Assembly: GCF_032191835.1 (NCBI RefSeq)
Contig: NC_083227.1
Location: 30,690,001 to 30,754,000, forward strand
DNA from: Heteronotia binoei
Lineage: Eukaryota
DNA: 64,000 nt
Reading direction: 5' to 3'
Under the pieces are notes generated by a model, which was not told the origin of the DNA, did not search any database, and saw only the letters and a program-made list of their open reading frames with translations. Made by a program: the position numbers and the translations under genes. Shown here in pieces: positions 34,593-46,500 of the stretch. Numbering within the stretch: the stretch's first letter is position 1; every line of letters begins with the position of its first letter.

Positions 34593-37500
34593 CTGGAACA
34601 ATTCAAGAGGAGCCAGTTAACACAAAGGGAATGTACAAGAACTCCGTGTTGGTGGTACAACCTCCTGCAATGACTCTGCTACTTTAGAAACAGCAACTTG
34701 TAATAAGTTCTGAGGAGATGGCAGTGTGAAACAGCAGAGACTCCTGGAGGGTTAATTGGAAGATGTTGCTTCTAATGTGGCACAGTCCTCGCATGAAGTT
34801 GTACCACCACAGGCTACATGGCTGGAATAACCCATTCAGAAACTCTGTCTCTCTCACACACACGCACACATAGAAGAAAACGGAACTTTCTATTTGACTC
34901 TTACACAAAGAGCCTGCCAGAAGGGAGAGCTAGCCAGCATTAGTGTCAGACTGAGATCTGGGAGGCCCAACTTCGAATCTAGTTTGGTGTAGTGGTTAAG
35001 TGCGTGGACTCTTATCTGGCAGAACTGGGTTTAATTCCCCACTTCTCCACTTGCAGCTGCTGGAGTCGCCTTGGGTCAGTCATAGCTCTCACAGAGCTGT
35101 CCTTGAAAGGGCAGCTTCTGGGAGAGCTCTCTCAGCCCCACCCACCTCACAGGGAGTCTGTTGTGGGGGAAGAAGGTAAGGTAGATTGTGAGCTGCTCTC
35201 TCTGAGTTTCAGAGTGAAGTGTGGGGTATAAATCCAATATCATCATCTTCATCATCATCCCCCCTCTGCCATAGAAGATAACTGGGTCCCCTTGGGCCAG
35301 TCATTGTCCCTCAGTCTCACCTACCTCATTGGGTTGCTGTGAGGATAAAATGGAGGAGGAGAGAATGGTGTTGTAACTCACTTTAGTTCCCCCATTGGGT
35401 CGAAAAATGGAGTCCAGATATACATAAATAAAGGACATCCCTATTCTTTCACCTTCTGCCACTATTTCAGAACTTTTATGACTGGGCAGCTATAGAGTTC
35501 ACTTCACTGAACTCACAGAATTCACCTCACACTACTTCTACAGTGTATTGGTCCATGAAAATCTGAAGAAGAAGAAGATATTGGATTTATATCCCGCCCT
35601 ATACTCTGAATCTCAGAGTCTCAGAGCAGTCACAATCTCCTTTACCTTCTCTCCCACCCCACACACACAACAGACACCCTGTGAGGTGAGTGGGGCTGAG
35701 AGAGCTCTCACAGCAGCTGCCCTTTCAAGGACAACTTCCACAAAAGCTATGGCTGACCCAAGGCCATTCCGGCAGCTGCAAGTGGAGGAGTGGGGAATCA
35801 AACCTGGTTCTTCCAGACAAGAGTCCACACACTTAATCACTACACCAAACTGACTCTCAAATGAGCAAACTGGAGGGGGGGGGGAAGGAAACAGAAAAAC
35901 AAAGCTAGAGTCTGCAGCCCAGCTTTCCTGTTCATCTGCTTTTAGCCCTATCTTAATACATCTCAGTTCTCACTGGGATCCCCCTCTGTGGCAGACTCAG
36001 CATCTTTGTCCCTGCTGGGATTGCCCATAGACTTTTGATGCATGTAAATGCAGAGATTGGGAGAACTTTACATGCAGATTTTCTGCCTGTTAATGGCTAG
36101 AGGAGCCGCCAAGCCCTAGTGTAGACAAGCACTGTCTCCAAACAGCCGCTTTACAGAGGACACAGGTTGGGTCTTCGGTGTCCACCCTCTGCAGTCAGAT
36201 GTGAGTAGTGGATTCTCCAAAACCAAGAAAGAACCACAGTTTGAAATGGTTGGTAAACAATGGGAAACTGTGTAGCGCAATAAGGAACAATTATGACAAC
36301 CATTTCTGTACCAGCCTCTATATATTGTAATAAAGAAAATAAATGTAGCTGACAAATAGGCACTGTTTATAAGATTAAACACATAATGTCCATAAACAAT
36401 ATCAGTGCACAGTCCAACTACTATTCCAAAATTATCCTGAAATGGATAATTGAAGAATAACAAAGGAATGGACGCTGCAACCAATTCAAGAAGCTCAGGA
36501 CCGGTTTCAGTAAAGACACCCTCTTCAACTTTTAAGCTCCATCTGCAGCCATTACAATCATGAATATCTGTTGGCTATGGAAGCTCCAGTCTGTATTCAT
36601 TCAAGTAGAAATAGTGCAAACACTTTGTAGCTGGAACTGAGCTTTTGTGGCTGCTACCACTTCTATGGCATTGAATTCCATGTGTTATTTATTCTTTGGG
36701 TGAAGAAAGAAGTGCATGCATAAGATACTGAAGGGAACTGCAACTCTCCTCTGACTTGCACAAAGGCTGGGAGACCCTGAACCCAACCTATAATGTATAA
36801 ATTACCTTCACTCTCAGAAGTTCCAGCAAAAGTACACAAACAAGCCCTAAAGATCCCTTCAGCTCTACTTGTTACCTTTTCTCATGAGTTTCCCCTTCTT
36901 GTGGTCCATGATGAGATCTCCAGCTAAGGTGAAATTGGACATCTTGTTATCCTTCATCTTCTGGAAAGAGGCATTTTCCACCACAGAGTCAATTTGCTGG
37001 CTACTGAGCTCCTTCCCAAGGAAGTGGCAGATCCTCTCAACACTGCCTCGTAGATCCTGGGAAGGACAAAAGCAGAGGCCAAATGAACACATTTAAGCTG
37101 CCTTATGCTGAATTAGACCCTTGATCCATCAAAGTCAGTATTGTCTATTCAGACTGTCAGTGGCTCTCCAGGCTCTTCAGTAAAAGTCTTCCATATCACT
37201 GACTACTTAATCCTTTTACCTGGGGATGCCTGGGATTGAACCTGGGACCGTCTGCATTAAAAGTGGATGCTCTACCACTGAGCCATGGCTTCATAGGCTG
37301 ATAATGTGCTATATGCTCACATTGGACACTTAGCAAGATAAATATTTGTGACCATTTTGTTGGGTTCCTTTGGCAAGGCTGCAACCATGTGTGTGCGGGG
37401 CTCTCTGCCCCCCATTTTAAGAACATAAGAGTAGCCACGTTGGATCAGGCCAATGGCCCATCCAGTCCAACACTCTGTTTATTATTATCTGTTTATTTAT

Positions 37501-40500
37501 ATTCTGCCCATTCCCCATAGGGGCTCAGAGCGAAGCACAACATGAATAATAAAATCACAATAAAATCAACATAACAATAAAACAGCATAACAATAAAAAC
37601 TGATTAGGATGTTCAGTCCAACAGAATAGTTCAACAGGACCAAGATGGTATAACAATATGATGCAGCAAAACAGCGCAGTAGGATAGTACAGTAGGGGAG
37701 GCCAACGTATCTGGTGAATAGATGCCCGCCGCCTCACCCAAAAACCTGGCAGAACAGCTCCGTTTTACAGGCCCTACGAAAGGCTAACAAGCCAGGTGGG
37801 GCCTGGATCTCCATAGGGAGCTAATTCCACCAGGTTGGGGCCAGGACTGAGAAAGACCTGGCCCTGATAGAGGCAAGATGAGCATCTCTTGGGTCGGGGA
37901 TGGTCAGAAGATTTTGGGAGGCTGAACAAAGTGACCTCTGGGGCATATATGGGGAGGGCATATATGGGAAGAGACTGTGTCACACAGTGGCCAAAAAGAC
38001 CAGGTGCCATCAGGAGGTTCATCAGTGGGGCCAAGACACTAGAAGCCCTCTCACTGTTGCTCCCCCAAGCACCAAGAATACAGAGCATCACTGCCCCAGG
38101 CAGAGAGTTCCATCAGCACCCTGTGGCTAATAGCCACTGATGGACTTCTGTTCCATATGTTTATCCAATCCCCTCTTGAAGCTGTCTATGTTTGTAGCTG
38201 CCACCACCTCCTGCAGATGACCAAGAAGCCTCTCTTTCAGCTTGAACTATCTGCCCGCCATCCCGTCCCATGCCACCTCTCAGTTAGCACAGCAACCAGG
38301 GACCATTCAACAACTTAGCTATATAATTCCCATGAGTTGCAAAATTCTATATATGTTGCCATACAAAGATGAGGAAGCAGTTTCTTCACAAAGTCCCTCT
38401 GCACACGATATGGAGCACTATGTTCACAGAGGTCCTTTTTTCTTTTAAAAATACTTATGGGAGAGAGATTCTGGAATGTTCCAAGGCACTCATCCCACAA
38501 AACCAAGATTTTCTAAAAGAAAAGTTGGAACCTTATAAGCTGAGGAAACTTAAAACCATACCTGCTGCAACTCTTCATAGGTAATAAAGAAGGCATTGTC
38601 TCTGTCCTTCATTGGTATCCAGCTCTTCACATGATCAAACCAAGAACCATAAGGCACTGGAAATAGGATGTGAAAATACCTCAAAAGGAAACTGAAGAGC
38701 TGAGGAAAGTTCAGAAATGGGCTGCCAAAACTAGCACAGACTAGGAATAAGGCAAGGCTGAAACACCTGGGATTTCTTAGTTTAGCAAAAACAAACAAAC
38801 AAAATGAGGGGTGACATGACAGAACTCTAAAAAATGAGAAAATTCTGTTTTAATGGCTAAGAATCCAATTCACTTATTATGAACTGTGTGAATAAGTACT
38901 TTCTTTTGTCTGTTCTGAATCCACTGCTTGTCAACACACAAAGCTGTTTTATACTGTGTCAAATCATTAATTTCTTAAGGTTAATATCATCCACTCTGAC
39001 TGGCAGCAGGATCTCAGGACAAAGGTCTTTCACATCACCTTCTGCCAGATCCTTTTAAGAGCAGATGCTGGGAACTGAACCTGGGACCTTCTGCATGCAA
39101 AGCAGAGACCCTGCCACTGAGCCACTGCCCATCAACTTCATTGGGTACCTCCAAATTCTATTTTGGTGGGAGTGGGAAAGTTCTCTCCAGGCCTCATTTT
39201 GGGCAGGAGCTCACAGGAGCAGCGCTCTGGACCCTCTTAATTTTATTGTGTTCTATCTTTCTTACACTCCTCCCTGCCCAATACTTGCTTCTGAACTCCA
39301 TTGTTCAAACCCACTGTGAGAATTTTGTTGAACTCTTAAGATTTGGCAAACTTTCTAATATTTTTCCCCATGAAAAATGGGAAAACAGCCAAGACATGTA
39401 AAGCAGACAGGTGGAACTCTTAATCAAGCCACTGTGACCACATAGGAGAAAGTCATTTAAAAAGTATGATGGGACTAAGATTTTATTATGACAATTCAAG
39501 AAGCATTTTAAGGTAGATGCTGAGCTGGTATAGTTTAGTACACCTTCTGGTGGTGTCAGGGGTGTGTGGCATATGCAAATGAGTTATGTAAATGAATCAC
39601 ACTAATGAGCTCTGACACTTTTTTCTACAAAATGACGCCTGGTTCTCTCTATCCAGTTCTACACTGAGATTATTCTTGGAAACCTCTATCCTGCCCTCCC
39701 TCATTTATCTTTTATTTTTCTGAAAATAACCTTCCCTTATTCTCAATTCAGAGGATTCTTGAGAGAATAAAATAGGATAACCCCATGTACAATATTATGA
39801 CTTCCATCAAAGATGGAAAGGACACAAATATAAAATGACAGAACATTCTCAGAACCCTCACAACACTAGAGTTCCCAGGATTTCTTTTGAGCCTTGACAA
39901 CTGACACTATACTAGAGTTTGCTAGATCAAATTGGGGAGCCGAGTCAGTCTGCCTGTAGCAGAAGAAAAGAGCAAGAGTTTGGTAGCGCCTTAAAGATTA
40001 ATCAAATTTGTGGCAGGGTATGAGCTTTCACGAGTCACTGCTCACTTCTTCATTTGAGCTGCATTGGAAGAAGTGAGCAGTGACTCGTGAAAGCTCATAC
40101 CCTGCCACAAATTTGGTTAATCTTTAAGGCGCTACCAAACTCTTGCTCTTTTCTAGAGTCTGCTGCTAGTAATTATGCATCACATAGAGTTGCCAGCTCC
40201 AGCTGGGGGAATTCCTAGCGATTTGGGGGAGGAGCATGGGGTGGGGTCTGGTTGGAGAGAGCAGCAACCTCAGCAGGGATTTTATTTAGGGCTGCCAATC
40301 CCCAGGTGGGAGCAGGGGATCCCCCGGTTTGGAGACCCTCCCCCTGCTTAAGGGTCAACAGAAAGTGGGGAGAGGGAAATGTCTGCTCCTCACTGTATTA
40401 TTCCCTATGGAGACCGATTTTCATAGGGTATAATGGATAATTGATCCGCTGGTATAATTTCAGGAGAACACCAGGTTCGGCTTGGATGATGGCAACCCTA

Positions 40501-43500
40501 GGCACCATGACTGTTGGCTTGCACTTCTGGTTCAAGGAGGGGACTGGAGTGCATCAGGATGAGGCCTGGATGGGTGTGCAGATGTGGAAACTCAGCTAAA
40601 GGAGGACATATCTAGTTTGCCAGCTTCCATACCATTCCCACTCAGGAACTCCTTCAGCGTCTCTTCCAAGGTCCCAAGGTCCTTCCACAGTTTGACGGCC
40701 TTAGAGAAATAGTAGTGTGAGACCAGCACATCTTTGGGATTGCGCGAAGTGTAGATCACCTGTGAGATATGAAATTTATTAGGGCAGAATCCTGGTTACC
40801 AGGTTACCTCAGTGTGAGGTTTTTCACAGCTGCTTGAAAAATTTGCCAAGAAATTTTATGTAGCATAATAGAATTTTAGCAATAATTGTATATTTAACTT
40901 GTAATAATGTATATTAATATATTTCATGCATCTGATACATTTTTAATATTGGACTGATCCCCTGTAATTCATCTATAATCTGTACTGTTTTTATGTAAAT
41001 GAAATGAATAAATGAAACAAAATGTGACTTGTGCTGGTCCTTGACCGTATCAATAAACTGAACCGAACTGGCTACCATTAAGTCATCTGTCTGAACTTGT
41101 TCTTCAGAAGTTCTTATACATTAATTATTCTGTATAAGAAAAGAACCAAATTAAACCTAGGGCTGTAGTAAAATGGAGTTGTTCTGGAAGACTTGTTGAT
41201 AAGGCCGTGGTTATTAAGGCAGCGGTTCTCAACTGGTGGTAATGTACCCGTATTGGGAAGCATGGTTTTCACAATAAATAATTCATACTCAGTCCCAAAT
41301 GTAAGGATGACATGCCACCTCCTGCCAACCCTACCTGACATGGATTATCCAGAGCCGGCGCATGGGAGTTGGCGAACTAGGCGATGGCCTAGGGTGCCAG
41401 CTTCCAAAGGGCGCCTCCTTCCCTCTGGCAGGATTGCCCCCCCCCCCCCGCCGCTGCCTTCCTTCCTTCCTTCGGGGCGCTGGAAGACGGTGCGTGCTCC
41501 GCTCAGCTCCTCCCCCAGCCTAGGCTGGTCTTTACCAGCTTCAATGCGGCTTCTAAGCCTTTGAAGGTCCTGTGATAGGAGAGTTCGCTCCCCCTCACTT
41601 CCGGTTCCAGGAAGGAGGGGAGCAAACTCTCCTCCCACAGTTTAGAAGCCCCGCGCAGCCACATTGAAGCTGGTAGGGATGGGGGAACCCTGGTGTGGAG
41701 TTCAAGCTCTGGCTTGTTCGGCTTCCCTCCAAAAGTAACAGTTCCCTCCCAAGTAACAGTTCTCCCATTTGAGCCTAGGATACAACACCCCTCCCCGCAT
41801 AGTTCCAGCTATCAGGTGACATAGTCCTGGAGATATGCCGGAGGGCGGCAGTCTCGTGTCGAGCGTCAGAGCTCCGAGGGGACTGGGCGTTCCGACTCGG
41901 TTGGTGGTTCCGCGGCTGCAGAGCTGGAGATATCGGGGACGGCGGCCCCGGGAGACCTGGGTTCAGCTGCGCGGTCAGGGGTCTCCTCCTGCTGGGCCGA
42001 AGCGGGTTCCACGGAACCCTGTTCTGCGTCAGGCTCTCGGGGACTTACGTTGTCCGGATCTGGAGCCTCTGACCTTGGCTCCCTGGCAGGCAGGCGACCT
42101 CGGAGTTGGTCGATGTGTCGCCTCAGGAGATGTCCACCCTCCAAGGTCACTGCATAGGAGACCGGTCTGCTGACGTGGTCCACCTTTCCAGGGAGCCAGG
42201 CGGGGCCAGTGGTGGCATAGTTCCGTGCCCACACTGTCTCACCTGGGTAGAACCCTCTGGGGGCTTTAAGGTGTTCCGGCGCCGGTCGCCTGTCTGGGGC
42301 TCGGTCAGGGTGAAGCTTGTCCAGCAGGGTGCTGATGCGGCGGCCCATGAGGAGTTCTGCTGGACTGCGACCTGTGGAGGCGGTGGGTGTGGTCCAGTAG
42401 GCCATTAGGAAACACGCCATGTCTTTTGGCCAGTCTGAGGAGCCCAGACGGTTCAAGGCCTCCTTTGCCGTGCGCACCATCCGCTCTGCCTGGCCGTTGG
42501 TGGCTGGATGAAATGGGGCAGAGCGAATGTGCCTGATGAGGTTCCTGGCCAAGAAGTCCTGGAACACTGCAGACGTGAATGCTGTGCCGTTGTTGGTGAC
42601 GATGGTCTCCGGCAAACCGTGGGTTGCAAAGATGGCCCTCAGAGCCCTGATGGTCGCCTGCGATGATGGCGAGGGCACCTGGACCACCTCCAACCACTTG
42701 GAGTATGAATCCACTAGTATGAGTAGAGTCCGCCCATGGAAGGGGCCAGCAAAGTCCATATGCAGTCTTGACCAGGGGTTTTTGGTGGATTCCCATGATT
42801 GCACTGGGCCACGTGGGGGGTCAGGCCTTGACACCTGGCACGTCGGGCACCTTTTAACCCAAGCCTCAATTTCTGCATCGAGGCCGGGCCACCAGACATA
42901 GCTCCGTGCGAGAGCCTTCATGCGGACTATGCCTGGGTGTGCCTCGTGCAGGGCTCTCAGCACTTGGTATTGCAAGGGTTTGGGGATGACGACTCTGTTG
43001 CCCCATAGTAGGCAGCCTTTGGGGGTGGATAGTTCGTCTTTCCGGGCGGCAAACAGAGTAAATTCCGGCCCAGTCGAGCCCTTGGGCCACCCCCTCCCCA
43101 CCCAGTCCAAGACACGGGAGAGGACTGGATCACGAGTGGAGCGGGCAGCAACGTCGCGGGCGAGCAATGGCCTGTCTGGAAGCATGTCCATCAGTAGGAT
43201 CTGATGAGCCGGGGCTGGATCGGGATCCACGTCAGGCAAGGGCAAGCGGCTCAGGGCGTCAGCATGGCCCATTGCCTTGCCCGGGCGATGCACTAGGGTA
43301 TAAGTGTAGCCGGCTAGAAAAATGGACCAACGGAGGACCCGTGGGGACAACACCTGAGGGGTCTGCCGGTCTGATGCAAAGAGGCCCAAGAGGGGTTTGT
43401 GGTCCGTATAGAGGGTAAAGGGCCGGCCGTAGATGTAATCATGAAATTTTTTGACGCCGGCCACGACTGCCAACCCTTTTTTGTTGATTTGGGCGTAGTT

Positions 43501-46500
43501 CCGCTCCGCTGACGAGAGGGTCCGTGAGTAGTACGCGATAGGGACTTTGGTCCCATCAGGGAGTCGGTGGCCCAGAACTGCCCCCACGCCATAAGGGGAT
43601 GCGTCGCATGCAAGGGCCAAAGGCAGGGTCTCGTCGAAATGGGCAAGGACGGAGTTGGACATCAGGAGGCCCTTGATATCCTGGAAGGCTTTAGCGTGCT
43701 GGCGGCCCCACGCCCAGGGTCGGTTCTTGTCTAGAAGCCGGTGCAGGGGTTCGGCCACCGCTGCCTTGTGGGGGAGAAAAGCATGATAAAAGTTTAGGAG
43801 GCTGAGGAAGGCCTGGAGTTCTTGCTTGTTGGTGGGCGCTGGAGCATCTCTGATGGCACGCAGCTTGGCGTCGGAGGGGTGGACCCCCTGGGCATCGATG
43901 GGGAACCCCAGGAATTCCACCCGATCCACGCCCAGGAGGCACTTCTCCCATTTGACCTTGAGGCCGGCTGTTTCAAAACGTTGTAGGACTCCTCTAAGGC
44001 GGGCAGCGAATTCTTCAGGCGAGGCTGCCGCGATCAGCACATCATCGAAGAATGGAGTGACTCTGGGAAGTCCTTTTAAAAGGGAGTCCATTAGTTCCTG
44101 GAACAACCCCGGAGCCACACTCACGCCAAATTGCAACCGCTTTACTCTAAAGGCCCTCCGGTGGGTCACAATTGTTTGGGTGTTGGCCGTGGCCTCATCC
44201 ACCGGCAGCTGTTGGTAAGCTTGGGCCAAGTCCAACTTGCCAAAATTTTTTGCGCTGGCTAGGGTGGCTAGAACGTGGCTGACGATGGGCACAGGGTATG
44301 CGTGGGCCTGAAGAGCCTTGTTGAGGGTGCACTTATAGTCTGCACAAATCCGCACCTCCCCACTGGGCTTGACTGGAGTCACGATGGGAGTTTCCCAGGT
44401 TGTGTGGGTGACAGGCTCTAGTATTCCCTGTGCAATCAATTTATCCAGTTCCTCCTCAATTTTAGGCTTGAGCGCGAATGGAACTCGCCGCGCTTTAAGC
44501 CTAATGGGCCGCACTGTGAGGTCGAGGTGTAGTGTAATCGGGGGACCCGTGTAGCAGCCCAAGGTGCCATCGAAAACGGCCGGGAACTCTTCGCAAACCT
44601 TGTTAAAGTCCACTCCGACAGTCTTATTGACCCCCCTGATCTCTAGTCCGAGGGGCTTGAACCAGTCGAGACCCAAAAGGTTTGTAAGGTGGTTCTTGAC
44701 CACTAGCACTTGTAGCTGGCCCTTGAACCCCTTGTATTGGACTGGGACCGGGCCCACTCCCAAGATAGGCACCTTATTCTTCTGGAAGTCCAATAAGGTA
44801 AACCCTGGGTCCCTGAGACGAGGCCTCAGCCTGGTGGGAATTTTAAAAAATGTCTCTGCCGCTATAATAGATGATGCTGACCCAGAGTCCACCTCCATTT
44901 GGCAGGGCACCCCCCCGATCCCTACATTGATCCGGATTTTGGAGGGCCTGACTGGTGAGGGTAGGTACTGTACCAGGTATCGGTGGGCGTGGAGAGCGTC
45001 GATTTCGAAGTCTGGCTGGCCTTCGGAGTGTGCAGATCTTTGCGGGACGTGTGCTCGGGATTTGGATCTGCAAGCGCAGGCGATGTGGCCTTCCTTGTTG
45101 CAGAGTCAACAAGTGGCATTCCGGAATCGGCAGGTCTTCCGCTCGTGCTGGCCCCCGCAACTTGCACATGCAGGTGGTGTCTTGTGTCTCATGCCCTGTG
45201 GGACGTGGGTGGTCTTCCTTCCTGCTGAACGATAGCCGGTTTGTAGAGCTCTGTCCTCGTCCGAGTCCTCCGTAGATGGTTCAGGGTTGATCTGGTGTGC
45301 CTCAACCTGTCTTGTCGGCCGTGGCTCTGCTGATCTGCCCTTCTCCCAGCAGGTGGCCACGTCGATTGCCTTTGTTAGGTCGCACTCGGAGAAGGACAGG
45401 AGTATCTGCACTAGTTTTTCGTCCCTCAAGCCCCATACAAACTGGTCGAGAAGGGCTTCATTGAGGTCTGCGAAACTGCATCGGCTTGCCACCCGGCGCA
45501 GGCTTGTTAAGAACGCCATGGCGGTTTCGCCTGCCTTCTGTATCCTTTGTCGGAAGTCCCAGTGCCGGGTGAGCTTGGTTGGCTGGGGCTGGAAATACTT
45601 CTCCAGAGCGCTGATGATGTCGTCCACCGGTGTCTCTGAGAGCTTCCTGGGTTGGAGAAGAGCCCTGGCTAAGTCCACGGTCTCCGTGCCACACGTACTG
45701 ATAAGCAGAGCTCACTGCATGGTAGTCTCTGTAATCTTCCGGAAGGTCAGGTATGACTGGAAGCCTTCGACCCACGAGTCCCACAGCTCGGGGCGATCGA
45801 TGCTAAAGGGCTGTAGGAGGTTGGCTGGAGCCTCCATTCTTGGCAGCGCGTCTGGGCGGCTTGCGAGCGGGGGTGTGCGCAGAGCAGAGGTGCGGACCCA
45901 GATGGCTTGGATTTAGCCGCCTTTCCGTGTTCCTGGTTCTGTTGCTGGTTCTTACTGGAATCCCATCCTCGTCGCCAGTGTAAAGTACTGGGGTCGGCGC
46001 AGTAAGAGACCAGAGTCGGAGAGCGATTTCAGCAAGCTTTACTTCAGGAACACACACACACAGACTGAGCTCTGTTCAAACTTCCCACTCCTTTATACAA
46101 TTCTTGCCCCCTTCTGATTGGTCCTTAACTATCTACACGGATTGGCTATTTACAGGGCCCTAAGGGCCTATCAGGGTACAGTATGAGCCTGGATGTTGAT
46201 TGGCTGCTTATGTTTCAATCCTTCCCCTGATTGGGCACGCTTAGGCCTTCTCTGGAACCCTGGTGTGGAGTTCAAGTTCTGGCTTGTTCGGCTTCCCTCC
46301 AAAAGTAACAGTTCCCTCCAAAAGTAACAGTTCTCCCATTTGAGCCTAGGACATAACAGTCACACATCGAAGAATGTTTTTGTGTGGGAAGCCAGGTCAG
46401 TGTGAGCTTCCTCCTTTCTTACCTTGGCCTTGGAGTGGAGAAAGGACTTGGGGAAAAGCTGGAACTGAAGGTGAGAGGAGAGCAGCCTGGGTGGAGGATA

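Larger units (their letters stand above)
41684..46358 (-). mobile_element. Ty3/Gypsy LTR retrotransposon, near full length, 3' LTR truncated
   Basis: 5' LTR 46358-45979 (TG...CA), PBS, gag 45836-~45100 (TGA at 45714-45712, then frameshift), pol PR-RT-RH-IN, PPT 41796-41788, 3' LTR remnant 41787-41684. Confidence 0.95.

Noticed and set aside
36116-36484. 122-aa hydrophobic ORF in the last SULT2 intron
   Set aside because: No motif, splice signals or codon pattern supporting a gene.
41835-45287. Antisense ORFs over the Gypsy element, or an env gene
   Set aside because: They are GC-rich shadows of pol; only ~70 nt separate the pol stop from the PPT, leaving no room for env.
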